A stretch of DNA of 63,893 nucleotides, the filler included, from Reticulomyxa filosa (taxonomy: Eukaryota > Protista > Foraminifera): NCBI GenBank assembly GCA_000512085.1. It is 20 parts of 20 records of this genome, joined end to end, with 100 filler letters (N's around TTAATTAATTAA, not from the genome) between each part and the next. Parts side by side here need not be neighbours in the genome. Positions count along the whole stretch, not along the records: positions 22,554 to 25,741 come from ASPP01007141.1; positions 25,842 to 28,643 come from ASPP01022201.1; positions 28,744 to 36,178 come from ASPP01006047.1; positions 36,279 to 38,664 come from ASPP01041615.1; 16 more parts are not named here. One strand, 5' to 3'. Each line of letters opens with the position of its first letter. Within the stretch, counting starts at the first letter, position 1. The notes under the pieces were generated by a model. The model was not told where the DNA came from, ran no database searches, and saw only the letters and a program-made list of their open reading frames with translations. The position numbers and the translations under genes were made by a program. Shown here in pieces: positions 22,600-36,279 of the stretch.

Positions 22600-25500
22600 T
22601 TTAAAAACGCAATACTGCTGATGGGCGTGGACACGATCATCTACTTTGTGCTGACTCTGTACTTGGACCGCGTGTGGCCTAGTCGCTATGGGCAACGCGA
22701 GCCGTGGTACTTTATGTTCCAGAGGTCGTATTGGTGTGGCAATTCGCGGAAGAGCGGCAAGACGTACCTGCAGCCGTCGACGAGCGAAGAGCGCCGAAGG
22801 ATAACAACATTGATGGACCCGGACGTGTACGAGCCGGTCGCAGACGACCTCACGCACCAAGAACCGGCGATATCAACGCGATATCTGAAGAAGACATTTT
22901 TCGACGCGTTCGGACAAGCAGAAGTGAAGGCGGTGGATGGAGTGTCATTGGACATCTATGAGGGCGAAGTGTTTTGTCTGCTGGGACATAATGGGGCCGG
23001 GAAGACGACTATGATCGGGATGTTGACGGGTTTGCTGGAGATAACAGAAGGAGATGCGTTTATCTGCGGGCACAATGTGAAGACGCAGATGCGAGCCATC
23101 CGGAAAATACTTGGGGTATGTCCCCAGCATGACGTGTTGTGGCCGCGACTGACGTGCCAAGAGCACTTGGAGTTGTTCGCACTGCTGAAAGGGGTGCCCC
23201 GCGCACGTGTGCGAGAGGAAGCCAAGAAGACATTGACAGCGGTGGGCTTGGAGGAAAAAGAGCACGACTTTCCGTCGCACATGAGCGGAGGACAAAAGCG
23301 CAAGTTGTCATTGGGCATTGCGTTGATTGGAGGAAGCAAGGTTATGTTTTTGGATGAGCCGACGAGTGGGATGGACCCGGAGTCGCGACGTGCCACGTGG
23401 AACTTGATCGAACATGAAAAGAAGAACAGGGCCATTGTACTGACCACGCACTTCATGGACGAGGCCGATATCCTCGGAGATCGCATTGCTATCATGTCCA
23501 CCGGTGACGTGCGTTGTTGTGGCTCTCCTTTGTTCTTGAAGCAAAAGTTTGGAGTCGGTTATACGTTCGTCGTGTCCCTGGAGGCCGGAATCAAACCCGC
23601 CGTCATTAGGCCCGACATTGATGCCATCGTGCTTCGATCGGTTCGCGGCGCTTCACTCTTCTCCATTGCCGGAGGCGAAATCGCCTATCGTCTGCCCTTT
23701 GCCGAAGCCAACTCCTTCCCGGACATGTTCGAGGCGCTCGATGCTCAAAGAAAACGCCTCCGAATTACTGGCTATGGCGTGTCCGTTACCACTTTGGAGG
23801 AGGTGTTCATGAAGATTGGAACCGACTTTGGCGATTTACACCAAAACCAATCTTCGAATAAATCTCAACCCAAAATGGACGCTACCGATATTGCCGTTGT
23901 TAGCCAAGCACAACATGACAAAGACAATAACGACGGTAAGGGCGACGACGGCGATGACACAAAGGATGACGGTGATGTGAAGGAAGACGCTAACGAAAAA
24001 GATTTTTTTAATCGCCATCATCACAATGGCGATGATGAAGATAAAGAAAATTTAGCCAACATATTTGCACAGCCGACTTTTCGATTGCAACAGCAACAAG
24101 AACTGTCTGTGCTGCTCACACATACTTGGGCCATTTTGTACAAACGCTTTTGGTGGTCGGTCCGCGATTTCAGGGCCATGTTTTTTGTCATCATTTTGCC
24201 CTGCTTGCTCGTTGCGCTGAACTTTGGACTCCAAAACCTGGGGTTGGCCATCGATTATCCAAATTTGGTTTTGAACGTCGATCAATGGTTAGTTTAACTT
24301 CCAAGGGGGGGGGTATTATAAAAAAAAATTCAATGAATAAATGATGATAATAATAATGAATATATATAATCTATCTAAGGTCATCACCACAACAATACAA
24401 AGTGCCCTATGCCGTCTTTTCGAAAATATCATCCCAAAATGAGCTGTATACAACTGGCTGGAACACAACATATCAAACCCACTTGGCAGCGCAGTGGGGT
24501 TCTCTGGTGGACTACACGGTGAACGGGACAAGCAACTCGAGGAACATGACGCAATTGGAGTGGAAGAAGCAGCTGTTCAAAAACAGGAAGCAGAAGGTGC
24601 TCCATTACACGAGTGCGTACTTGGACCCGTTTGCGCGACGTGAAGTGGCGGCCGGGTTTAATTTGTCCGGGTCGCATTCGTTGCCGACGGCGTTTAGTAT
24701 GGTGGACAACTGGATATTGCGGCGCTTGGTGCCGAACGCTGACGCAAGCATCGCCACATCCACACACCCGTTGCCAGCGACAGAGACGCAAAAAGTGTAC
24801 GCAGGGAGCATAGCCGGTTTAATCGCGTCCCTCGCCCTGTCTATTGCTTTAATCTTTGTTCCCGTGGGCTTTGTGTTCCCAGGTTCAGTGAACTGTCGAC
24901 CCCCTTTTTTTTTTTTTTTATATATAAATAAATAAATAAATAAATATATGTATACGTATATGTACATGTATATATTTATATAATGTTTGATTGTATCTTT
25001 TTAAAAGTGGTTCAAGAAAGACAGCAGCAAATGAAACACCAACAAATGGTGTCTGGCGTGTCGTTTATAAGTTATTGGTCTGGCCAACTGATTGCCGACT
25101 TTATCGTGTCATTGCCGACCTGTGGACTGGTGATAATGATGGTGCACGTGTTTGACGTGAGTGCGTTTGAAGGCAGCGCCGAGCCTGTGTTCATAATCGT
25201 CATTTTACTGTTCTTGTTGTCCGTACTGCCTTTGACGTATCTCCTGTCGCTGCTGTTCAAATCGCCCGAAAAAGCGCAGGCCACATTCACGGCAATGTAC
25301 GTCTTGCTTGGGTCGGTGCTGGCGGTTGTCACCTATATTCTCATGGTCATCAGCAAGAGCACCAAAAGAGCCAGTCGCGTGTTGGCCTACCTGTTTCGAG
25401 CCTCGCCCATGTATTGCATGGCCGACGCCCTAATCTTGATTTCCTTCAAACCCTATCTTTTCCCCGATTTGAGTTACTGGGATCAAAAACTCACGGGTAG

Positions 25501-25624
25501 GAACCTGTCCGCCATGGCCGTCGAATCGGTCCTTTACTTTGCTTTGTTATTGCTCGTCGAATATATGGCCAGCTTCCCTTCTCTGATGACCCGACTGGGT
25601 TTCAATGTCAATGTTCCGAAAGCA
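22600..25624 (+). CDS. ABCA-subfamily transporter, internal part
   Basis: Walker A GHNGAGKTT, MSGGQKRKL, LDEPTSGMD, TTHFMDEAD and TLEEVF. Second TMD has VQER..KHQQMVSGV. Introns at 24288-24379 and 24883-25007. Confidence 0.96.
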
Positions 25625-26914
25625 GTTTCTGGCTTTTTTTTTTTTTTCTATCTCTATGATCGATTGTCATAGATCATCTTTTCATACTAAACAAAACAAA
25701 ACAAAACAAAATAAAATAAAATAAAATAAAATAAAATAAAANNNNNNNNNNNNNNNNNNNNNNNNNNNNNNNNNNNNNNNNNNNNTTAATTAATTAANNN
25801 NNNNNNNNNNNNNNNNNNNNNNNNNNNNNNNNNNNNNNNNNGTTATTCAAAATATTTGCAGCATTGGAAATTAAAGAAAAAAGAAATGGGAACTTCATGA
25901 ATAAATTCTTCCGAAGATATCAAAATCAAAAAGCAAAAAACAATCAACACGTTCCAACAATCAAAAAATTACTAAAAATGAATTAATTGATATTGCAGAC
26001 CAAGAAAATGGTGCTGATGAAATGGGTGGTTACGACGAACTATCAACGAACAAAGTACTTAAAGAAAGGAGTTTGAATGAAATGAAAAAAGATGAAACTC
26101 CCACTATTGAAAAAATTCCTGATCCTGAACGAGTAATAAAGCAACAAAAAACGAATGCTAGTGAAGTGTTACTATATGCAACTTTTGCAGCATATATTGA
26201 AAGTCTATTGACGAAAATCAAAGAAACTCAATGTGCACAACAATTACAGTACTTTTATCAAGTACAACAAATCCAAAAACTCTAAAGAGATATTGAATAT
26301 CTAGCGAATGTAATAGTTAAGGCTCGTGCGGATCCAATAACGCAATTGTCTCTTGAGAGTAAAAGCGTAAGCATTTTAACAAATTATATAAATATTGTAC
26401 CAAACACGTGCGACCAAGAAGCGAACAGGTTAGCTGGAACCAATAAAAGATTGTTATGAATGATCAGGAATGAAATTCCAAAAGAGAAAATCGATAAATT
26501 TTATCTTCCCATCATCGTTACCATTATTATTTTCTTTCTTTGTTTATACAAATACGATATTTTCCAGTTTGATATCTATGTGGTAAATATATAATATGTA
26601 TTATTGTATTACGTATTATTTATGTTTCAATTTTATTTTTTTTTATTCATTGTGTGCTTGATTTTTGATTAAATGAATTTTTTTTAAAAAAAAACCTGTG
26701 AACAATATTGAATCGATGCATTTGCTCCAATGTTGTTAAGAGTTGACGAATGATAAGTTTGACCTCCAATTTTCGGTTTGAGCGACTAATTTATTTATTT
26801 AAAAAAAAAACAACTAAACTTGATGACACCATTGAGTCCACTTAGAATTTGCAAAATATTCAACTCATTGTGTAAGATGCTGATAATGCGATCTTTTTTT
26901 TCGGGATCGATCTA

Positions 26915-27746
26915 AAAAGGTACACCATTCTAGCACAATACCCAATACTTTCAATGAGGAAAAAGAGGATGAGTGGGAGGACCACTTTATCACGACCCAA
27001 GCATACAAAAAAAAAATGCGAAAAGATATAAGCCCCCTTTTGGAAAAGAAAAAAATAACTTTGGAAACTTTTAAAGCGTATTTGACATTTGCATTTTTAC
27101 CGACCACTTCGAAAACATGTCCGAAATACCGCTTGATATTGGAGCCACAATAGTCAATTCGTGAGTGTTTACATTTCCTCCGGCCAACTTTACAGTGTGT
27201 TCAATCTTGTCTTGGGTCGTTCTTACAGATCGTCGTTTGATGACATTTGTGCCAATTGGTTCTGTTCACATTTCCTTTCGTCTTCTTTTCTTCTTTTTCT
27301 ACTTCTTCGATAATATGTTGCATCAAACTCAACGTGTTCGAAATGATTGGTGTCAATGTTTTACTATTTCCAATCGATTCAATTGCGGCACTTGGATTGG
27401 GGGTCAATGGTGGATTGACTTGTTGTCGTACTTGTGCTCGTGCTTGTGTTTGCGGAATAGATGTTGGGATCATATTACTACTCGCGCGGATTCCCGCTTG
27501 TTCCATGGGTACACTGGAACTTGTTTGCGCTTCTCCGGAGGAATGCGAAGGGAAAGATACGTTCGCACATGAATCGCCAAATACCCGTATTGATAATGTT
27601 TCCGCACTTTTACTTTGCGTTTTCATTGCCCCTTTTGCTTTCTCTTCGACAAGATCCTCTTTCTTGTTTTTTACGCTAGGGTCACCAATTGCTATCTTTG
27701 ACACAACGTCTTGCAGGTCGCCGTCCTTGCGCATACATAAACCCAT
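26915..27746 (-). pseudogene. Decayed protein kinase with MGLC acylation-type start
   Basis: ATG at 27746 (MGLC). Downstream frameshifted IVAPISSG/FGHVFEVVGKNANVKYALK (subdomains I-II) and LGIVLEWC (subdomain V), with stops between. Confidence 0.5.
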
Positions 27747-28299
27747 TTCTTTTTGCAAAAAAACAAAACCACTTTCTAACACCTTAATTTCCAAATTACG
27801 CAACTTGCGAGGAATAAAAAGCAAACAATCCCAAAAAATGCAGTTTTGACCCATGAACGCAATGTGTTTTTTTGAAGACGGTCCTTTTGTTTGTGTAGCC
27901 AACGGAAGTAAGCAAAAAATGATTTTTACGATATAAAAAACAAGTTATTTGTCTTTTGGTGCTTGTTATTTCTTTTTCTTTCAAAACACAGAACATTTCC
28001 ATCCTGTTATGTAACAGCTATTGGAACTATTGGAACAATTCGAATTATTGGAACTATTCGGAATTAATTTGAAATAGAAAAGACATTTGTGATCACTTAA
28101 TAAAGTCAATGCCTAAAGGATACAAGCTGTTCTAAAAGCAAATAAAAATGTAACAAACTTTTTTTAAATTAATTATTTGACAAAAAGACCAGAAACTTCT
28201 TACTATAAAAAAAGTAAAAAAAAAACGAAAGATTGAAATTTTGGAAAAAATTTAAATATGGAATAAAAACCAAAACATCATTTAAAAACTACACAATTT

Positions 28300-28385
28300 T
28301 TAGAAAAATCTTATTTTTTCATGAAGAATACTATCATCTCCATAATGAGGCGTTTTAGGTGTCAACTTTTTTTAAATAAAAGTGC
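28300..28385 (-). repeat. Diverged copy of the Tc1-type terminal repeat
   Basis: TTTTCATGAAGAATACTATCATCTCCATAATGAGGCGTTTTAGGTGTCAACTTT aligns with the reverse complement of 53835-53890. Confidence 0.55.
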
Positions 28386-28743
28386 AGAAAACATCTTTCC
28401 ACTTTTTTCAAAAATTTGATTCTTTTATTTGACTTTAGTAACATCTTTTTGTATTAAACATCGTACATAAGGTTTGCAGAGAAAGTATCTTATAACTCAA
28501 ATAATAAGATCATTTGAAATCATTTCAAATTGATAGTTGTTATTTAAAAACTTATTCAAATGAAGATATTTTTAATTACTGTCATTATAACAATACAACT
28601 AAAACATCTTCACAGAAGAGTAATTAAGTATTCAATTCCTTTGNNNNNNNNNNNNNNNNNNNNNNNNNNNNNNNNNNNNNNNNNNNNTTAATTAATTAAN
28701 NNNNNNNNNNNNNNNNNNNNNNNNNNNNNNNNNNNNNNNNNNN

Positions 28744-28781
<38 letters not shown>

Positions 28782-28832
28782 AAGTTTGGAAAAGTGACAT
28801 ATACAAAAAATAAATAAATAAAGGATTGGAAA

Positions 28833-30760
28833 GTGGCAGTCGATTTGTCACTGCAACTTCCAAAGCACATACCGGAAGGCATTGCCATTGAAAGTATCAG
28901 TTCGAGGAGCGTGGCGGGAATCGATGAGTTCGGCCGCGTTCGAATAAAACTGTCCGAGTTTCCAACGCTCCAAGACACGATCCAGTTGGCCCAACAAGAC
29001 GCCAATGAAGACATAGGGGGTGGTGGAGGTGGGGGGCGGAGGAGGAGGAGGAGGAGGAGGAGGAGGAGAAGGAGGAAGAGGAGTGGATGATGATGATGAG
29101 TTTGGAAGTGGAGGAGGTGGAGGTGGGGGTGGTCGAGGTGGTCTGATGACACCCTCAGCCAATGGATTGATGACCCCAATGTCAGACCAAACCTTTGCCA
29201 CGTCAGTGATGGGAAACTATCTATTGCTATCGAAAAACCCTCAGTACCACGATTTGACGCCCTTTTTGTGGAAAAGCTTGAACTCCAGAGAGCGACAGCG
29301 CATTTACGATGACATTTGCAAGCAGTACATTGACACGCTCACCACAGTCGGGTTCAAATATCATATGATTCAAGTTTATTATCCAAGCAAAGAAGAGCTC
29401 AAGGAATTGGACACCAGAGTACACAAATGCTTCCAATCCAAGGCCTTCTTTTTGTTGTCGGACCTCACTCACAAAGTCAAAATTACTGATTTAAGTTAAA
29501 ACAAATTATTATTTCATTTCTTTATTTAGTATACGTTTCACAAACTTTATATATAGACATACATATGTATAAATGTATATTTATGTATTTGATAAGCATC
29601 GACAATAATGCTCTTTTTTTTTTTAAAAAAAAATTAGAAATGAATCGAGTGGCTGGGAGACTCAACAATGGAATGTCGAAACTGCAAATGAATGACATGG
29701 TGGAATCAGACATCCCAATGAAAGATGTGCCCACACAATATGTGTTGTTGTTGATAAGCGATAGCAAAGAACACATCAAATGTGGCTTGTGGAGTCGCAG
29801 CGTATGCTTGTTTGACAACATTATTCGTGGATCCATGCTGGATTATATCCGCCAAGCGATTGAAAACAAATGGACGGTGGTCATTCTCAACCCGAATCGT
29901 AACCGAATTCAATACCGCGAAAACAATGATTTGCCACCCATCGAAATTACCATCCCAAAACACGAAAGTAACTTCCAACACATCTTATCTGTCTTTGACG
30001 CCCATCTGTCGCCCATGTGTCGCAATCGAAGGCTCTTCATTGTCGGCCATGGCAATGGATGTCGTGGCATTCTTCATCTCCTCAAAGCAAGAAAAGAAGC
30101 CCAACAAGTTTGTTTTTTTTTTAAGATACAAACATAAACATACTTAATAATAATAATAATAATAATAACAATAATAATAATAATAAATATATGTATACAT
30201 ATATTATTATTGTTATTGTTATATCTGTTCATATTTTGTTATTTGCTATTCTATACAAAATCAATCTTTGGTTTGCAAATGTACAAGGCAACTCTTGCAA
30301 TTGCATTTCTAGACTTTTATTTGTATAAAACCGATGGGCTGTCCGCAGATATGATTCAACTCTTAGAACAAAAAGCTGCCTTTTGGATATCTTCTGGAGA
30401 TATGATTTCCAATTCCGACAACTTTATGGAACAAAACAATTTCACGTTTTGCGAAAAGAATTTCTTTTTTTTAAAAAAAAAACAAAACCATTTTTGTTTG
30501 ATTAACATTTACTTTGCTTTGTTGTTATAGTGAATTCCGATCAATGAACAAATCCATACGATATTCACCGTTGAGACTATTCACTATCTGTTCACTTACT
30601 TGGCTTTGATAATGTGCTGTTTTCGTAAATATATGTGTTTACATGATTTGTGCTTTGCATTGAAAATAGCGCCGCAAACATGGCCTCTGTGATGGACTTC
30701 TTTCAATCACGTATTCAAATGAACATGTGGAGATCTTATGATAAACCTACCGCCAATAAA
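28833..30760 (+). CDS. Arb2-domain / FAM172A-like protein, 5' partial, multi-exon
   Basis: GLWSRSVCL..RGSMLDYIRQAIENKWTVVILNPN and FIVGHGNG match FAM172A/Arb2 motifs (GQWAR..G...P.I..A...GY.V.V.NPN and VAHS.GG). The end coordinate is approximate. Confidence 0.75.
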
Positions 30761-31211
30761 TAAATTTATGGAAAACATTATTACTATTTGCTTTGTTTTT
30801 GCACATTTTATTGTTTCAATTGCCATTTTTTTGTTGTTGTATCGTTCTTTATTGTTCATTGCGTGGGCTCATGCTCCTGCTAACTTGACACACGGATTGT
30901 TTTCGCTATCCTTTGAATCCTTTGTTGTTGTAGCCAACTTTTTGTTGTTCTTTTTTGTTTTCTGTTACATAATATCCACTTGTATCTCTTTTCACGTCGA
31001 AATGCCATCCTTTTTCTTCCTATTTAAGAATATTTCGTCAGGCTCGTTTTCAACTTAAAGCAATTTAAATGCAATCAAAGTAACAAAAGATATAATTGCA
31101 GAAGACAAATCGCAATCAAGGTTATTAACAAATAAAAATTTTACCCAACTTTTTGGTTAGAAGTCAAAAAAAAAAGGAGGACATAATAAATATTGAAAAT
31201 AATTATATATA

Positions 31212-31651
31212 ATGAAAGCTATTAATAATCCTTTGAGGCGTTTTTTGAAAACTGGACTTCAAAATGCCCAAAAGAAATGGTATTCGGCTTCGGAAAATAG
31301 TTATAGTTGCGAATACAGCCGCCAAACGGGGACCCCTCCAGTGCATACTGGGAATGGTCCTACATTTCAAATAATAAGAGTGTTTTGCATCGGAGGAGCC
31401 GTAGCATCATTTTTTGATCTGGTCACAAGCGAAAGCAATAGCAAAACGGTGCACACGTTTATAATTCATTGGCCAACGCGAGAGCGACTAGCATTTTTTG
31501 TTGGATGTTGGGGTTTAGCCGGAGCAATGTCATCTCGGCGATTTTGGATGAGAGCAAGCCAGTATGCCACACAAAATGTCAAAACTGGTCATGGATTTAG
31601 ATATTCTCTTCAAGTTTGTGGATTCATTCATCATTTCTGTCTATCAGCAAC

Positions 31652-31683
<32 letters not shown>

Positions 31684-32360
31684 GGGAAAAAATTTTTTTT
31701 TTTTGAAAACAAAAAAAAAAATAAAAAAATAAAAATTAAAAAAAGAGCTCAGGAATTGCATTGACATTTGCAGGCATATTTCTTAGTTTATCAAGTCTAT
31801 GGTTTGATTGGTTGGAGTATCGGTCCAGTAATGTCCCAAAAGATAGCATTCCTCGACAGATGACCAAGCACACATTACTGATGGGGGGACTAAGGGAGAG
31901 CAATGGCAGAGACGACAGGGCGGTGGACGTGGCAATACTCCCCGACGAGGAAATGGACGGTGATGCAACTGGATTGAACAGTGACATTGAAAGTGTTGTC
32001 AACAGAGCAACGCAAGGGGCCAATGCTGACTCAAAAAGCTCAGATACATTCGGACAAAATGCAACAAATGGTAATGACACTGGAAACAAAAAAAATCGCA
32101 ACGCAAAAGAACTTAAAAAAAGTAATGGCGTTCCGGGAATCTGGGATTGGAAACATGTCGCTAATAACATGCTTGAGCCAGTTCAAATCTTCCTTCAGAA
32201 CAATGCCCTCATTTGGTTCTTGATTGGTATTCCCACGGCTATCGCGTCCAACAAAGTTGTCGCTGTCAGAGCTTTGTCAGCTGCTGTTGCAAGTGCAACT
32301 CCTATGCTCTTGCAACGTGTTTCTTCACCACAACAACCGGACAGCTTTATCATGCCATAA
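31212..32360 (+). CDS. Hypothetical membrane protein, two exons, possible mitochondrial presequence
   Basis: Intron 31614-31745 joins two ORFs in frame. Basic amphipathic N-terminus. Confidence 0.6.
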
Positions 32361-33094
32361 AACTATTACCATTTCTTATTTTGCTTGTGTTTTCTTTTAC
32401 TTCTTTTTTTTTTTTTTTTTAAAGCTAGTGTTTGTCATTTTTCTGGGAAGGAGGGCAATCTGGGAGGGAAACGAGCTGCGGTTTATTGAGGAAGAGAAAA
32501 AAAAAACTTGTGATCATCGCAAATCAAACAACTTTATTTTTGCAAAAATCGAGTATTGCTTAAGCAAGCCTCAAAAAAACTAACTATTTGCACTTCTGAA
32601 ATGTTGGTGCTGACGGATTGCTTTAAAAAGATAAACATTGGGAGATAAATTTTTTGTAGCAATCACATAAATATAAAAGAGGAAAAAAGTAAAGAAACAA
32701 TAACAACAGATTTAGCATTTAATTTTTTGGATTAGATTTAGGTATATGCTTTGATTTTGTTTAATGAAAATGCCTTGAATTATAGGAATTGGATGGGGTA
32801 TAAGATTAATGGGATTATTACTGATACAAAATACAAAATTTAAATAGAGGTGTGATTATCTATATATGCTGTTATTGCTGTCATTTGCTCTGCAAACTTA
32901 AAGACGAATTGGTTGGAGTTGTTAGATAAGTCAAATGCATTGTGTTGCATTGGATTAGTTGTCAACACAGGCTTGAACTCAAAAGCTGAAAGGAAAAAGG
33001 GAAAGCAAAGTCTTTGCCAAGTGATTTTCAAAATCACAATTGTCTAAAAAGCCGCACATTTTTAGTTAAAAGTTTTTTCGTTCGAACATTCACG

Positions 33095-36000
33095 CATTTC
33101 TAAAAGTTCAAAGTGTGTAATATGGCTCAACACATTTGAACTACTCAAAACACCAGTTGTTCAATTTCTTATTTTTGATTTATTATTAAATTGATCAAGG
33201 GAATACAAAAATTTGATTTTTTCTACAATGACAACAAGTTATCTTAATCAGCTAGTTTTTTTTTTTAAGTCACTTGGGAAACACTTTCAAAAAAAATAGA
33301 AAAAAACAAGCAATAAATACAATTGAAAGCAAAATATATCATTTTCACAACTTCTTTTTTGTAATTGAACAAATGAACATTTTTTGATAAGATGATAGTG
33401 AAAATCGAAGTTTTCGTTCACTTATTTTGTTTGATATTGGGATGACCCCCTTTGGGTAATGCCAAAAATGACGTTTGGAGAAAATTTTGAGACCTCTGCA
33501 CAGAAAACAAAGGATATAAACGTGTTGGCGGTTCATGATTTTGGATATGAAGGAATCTTTGAAAGCTCTTTGATTGACACCTGTCTGGCTGTTACGAAAC
33601 GTGGGCAAGTTGGATGATATCAATTAAGAAAAGAAAAAAATTGCACAAAATACGAGCAATCGAAAAATGAAGAATTACAAGGTTTTTGTGAGGCGCACAA
33701 ATGATGTTCACAGTCACTATTGGTATCAAATTGAATGCAAGAACGGTCGGATGGAAAAAAATGTAATTGAAATATAATCACTCAAGTGTATCACTCGCAA
33801 TGGCTTTGGGCTTTATTTTTAAATAAGATGAAATTATTAAGCGCAAACAGATTCAGATTCTGCTTATGGACTGGATAAAGTTTATGGAGACTTCGCATAG
33901 ACAGCACTTGCTTCAATACAAAATGGTTGAATCCATTTCATCTTCCATTTGTTGCGGTTAATCAAGGTAGTATTTGTAAATTTGTTTCTATCTTTCTCTT
34001 TTGATTTTGAACAATTTTTTTTATTTCATAGGTTACTTTAGTTGAAGAAAGAAATTGAATTTAGTTCCACAGACATTGACTTCTGAGCACCACAAAATTG
34101 AATATTATTTATGAAAAATTAAAATTTGGACACAGGAAAGCGCACAAAGTTTACATATTAAACATCAATTGGTGTGAAAAAAAAACTGAGTCAATCAATT
34201 TGCTAATTGACTTAATAGCAATGTTGTTCATGTAGTTTTTTTTGTTATTTTATTTTTAATTGTTGTTTCAACAATTTTTTTTTTTTTTTGTCTAGTTGGT
34301 CATTGATCAATACAATGATAATTTTATACTTCAAAATCTGATACAGTACTTGTTGCTGTTTTTGAATTTAATGACAGTACTATTGCAGGAGCATGTATTC
34401 GTTTGGCTTTTCTATATGTCTTATAGGATAACTTGAAAAGCCAATTGAATATCTCGAAATATCCTTAAATATTAAAAAAAAGTGATTGGAAATATAGATG
34501 AATCTGGTAGTCTTGTTTTGGCATTTTTGTTTCAAACAACAATGATTCAAAAGTAGCACTCACATGTTTGGAATAGGAACGGAGAGCAAATGTCAGGAGA
34601 GTGGAATAAAGAAACACAGACTCAAAGTAAAAATTAAAGAATTGAGTGCAAGTGTTAAACGGATAAGAATTCTTTTTTTGTATCGCAAAAACTTATAAAA
34701 GTGATGTCACTGAATAAAACGCTTCAGTCAAAATCCTCTTTGAAAAAAATAATTAAGACTCAAATTTTAACTTTGGTGTGTAAGTTTGACAAGTTACTTG
34801 CTACACTCTTCAAAAGTTCAGGGCATGTGGTCTTTGGCTCAACGCAATTTGGACTGTTCAAAAATATCAGTCGTATCTTTTCTTATTTTTGATTTGTTAT
34901 TAAATTAATAAAGAAAACGCAAAAATTTTTATTTTTTTTGCAATAACAATAAGTTATTTTAATTAGCTAGCTTTTTTTAAAAATCTCTTGGGAAATACTG
35001 ATGGAAAAAATAGAAAAAAACAATCAATAAACACAATTCAAAGTAAAATATACCATTCAACAACTTTTTTTTGTAATTAAACAAACGAAAATTTTTTGAT
35101 AAGATGACAGCGAAAATCGAAGTTTTCGTTCACTTATTTTGTTTGATATAGTGATGGACCCCTTTGGGTAATGTTGAAAATGAAGTATCTCACAAATTTT
35201 GAGACCTCGCCACAGAAAACAAAGGATAGCAAGGAGTTAATGGTTCATAATTTGGAATATGAAGAAATTTTTAGTAGTTATTGCGTTGACACGTCTCTAG
35301 CTGTTAAGAACTCCAGCAAATGGATGATAGCAATGAAGAAAAGAAAGAGGTTGCCCAAGATACGAGCAATTGAAAAAGAAAGAAGCGCAAAAGCTTTTGC
35401 AGTGCGTACAAGCTATGCACGCGCAGTCAAATAAAATTCAAGAATGTTTGGAGTAGAAAAAAAGTGTAATACGAAACATGGTCGCTCAAATGCGTCAATC
35501 GTGATGGTATTTGACTTATTCAACTCAACACATTGCTGCCTTCCAGCGAGGGGGAAACAATCTGCATCCTTAAATATTAAAAAAAGTGCTTGGAAATATG
35601 CATTATTCTGTTGGTGGAACAGCTTCTGCTTTGGCATTTTTGTTTTAAACAAAAATACCAATTTGAAAGTGGAAATTACATATTTGGAGGAGTCATGGAG
35701 AATAGATAGTAAAATGTCAGGAGAGTCGAACAAAGAGCACAAGACACTCAAACAAAAAATTAAAGAATTGAGCGCAAGTGTTAAATGAACAAGAAAAATC
35801 CTTCTTTTTTTTGTACAACAAAAACTTTTGAAAGTGATATTAACGTTTTAGTCAGAGTCTTCTCTGTAAAAAACAGCTAGGACTCGAATTTTAACTTTGG
35901 TGTGTTTGCTGCACTTTCCAAAAGTTCAGGGTATGCGGTGTTTAGCTCAACGCACATTTGAACTGCCAAAAAACAATTGCTTCGTTTCTTATTTTTTATT

Positions 36001-36178
36001 TTTGCTAAATTAATCAAAAAAAAAAAAATTTATTTTTTTCTGCAATGACAACGAGTTGTTTCAATTGACTAGTTTTTTTTAAAACCACCTGGGAAACACT
36101 TTTAAGAAAAATAGAGAAAAACAATAAAAAAAATAATCAATAAATACAATTGAAAGCAAGATATATCATTTTTACAAT
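33095..36178 (+). repeat. Three diverged tandem copies of a 1.1-1.7 kb unit containing gene relics
   Basis: The block CAAAAGTTCA..GGCTCAAC..CTTGGGAAA.ACT..AATAAATACAATTGAAAGCAA recurs near 33100, 34810 and 35920. GAAAATCGAAGTTTTCGTTCACTTATTTTGTTTGATAT is identical near 33400 and 35112. Confidence 0.85.
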
Positions 36179-36279
36179 NNNNNNNNNNNNNNNNNNNNNN
36201 NNNNNNNNNNNNNNNNNNNNNNTTAATTAATTAANNNNNNNNNNNNNNNNNNNNNNNNNNNNNNNNNNNNNNNNNNNNT

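Noticed and set aside
32720-32900. Hydrophobic frame MP*IIGIGWGIRLMGLLL, and the TGA at a Trp position in the Tc1 relic, as evidence for TGA=Trp
   Set aside because: Both regions are decayed, and TGA is the normal stop in SmD3 and p24 in this window.
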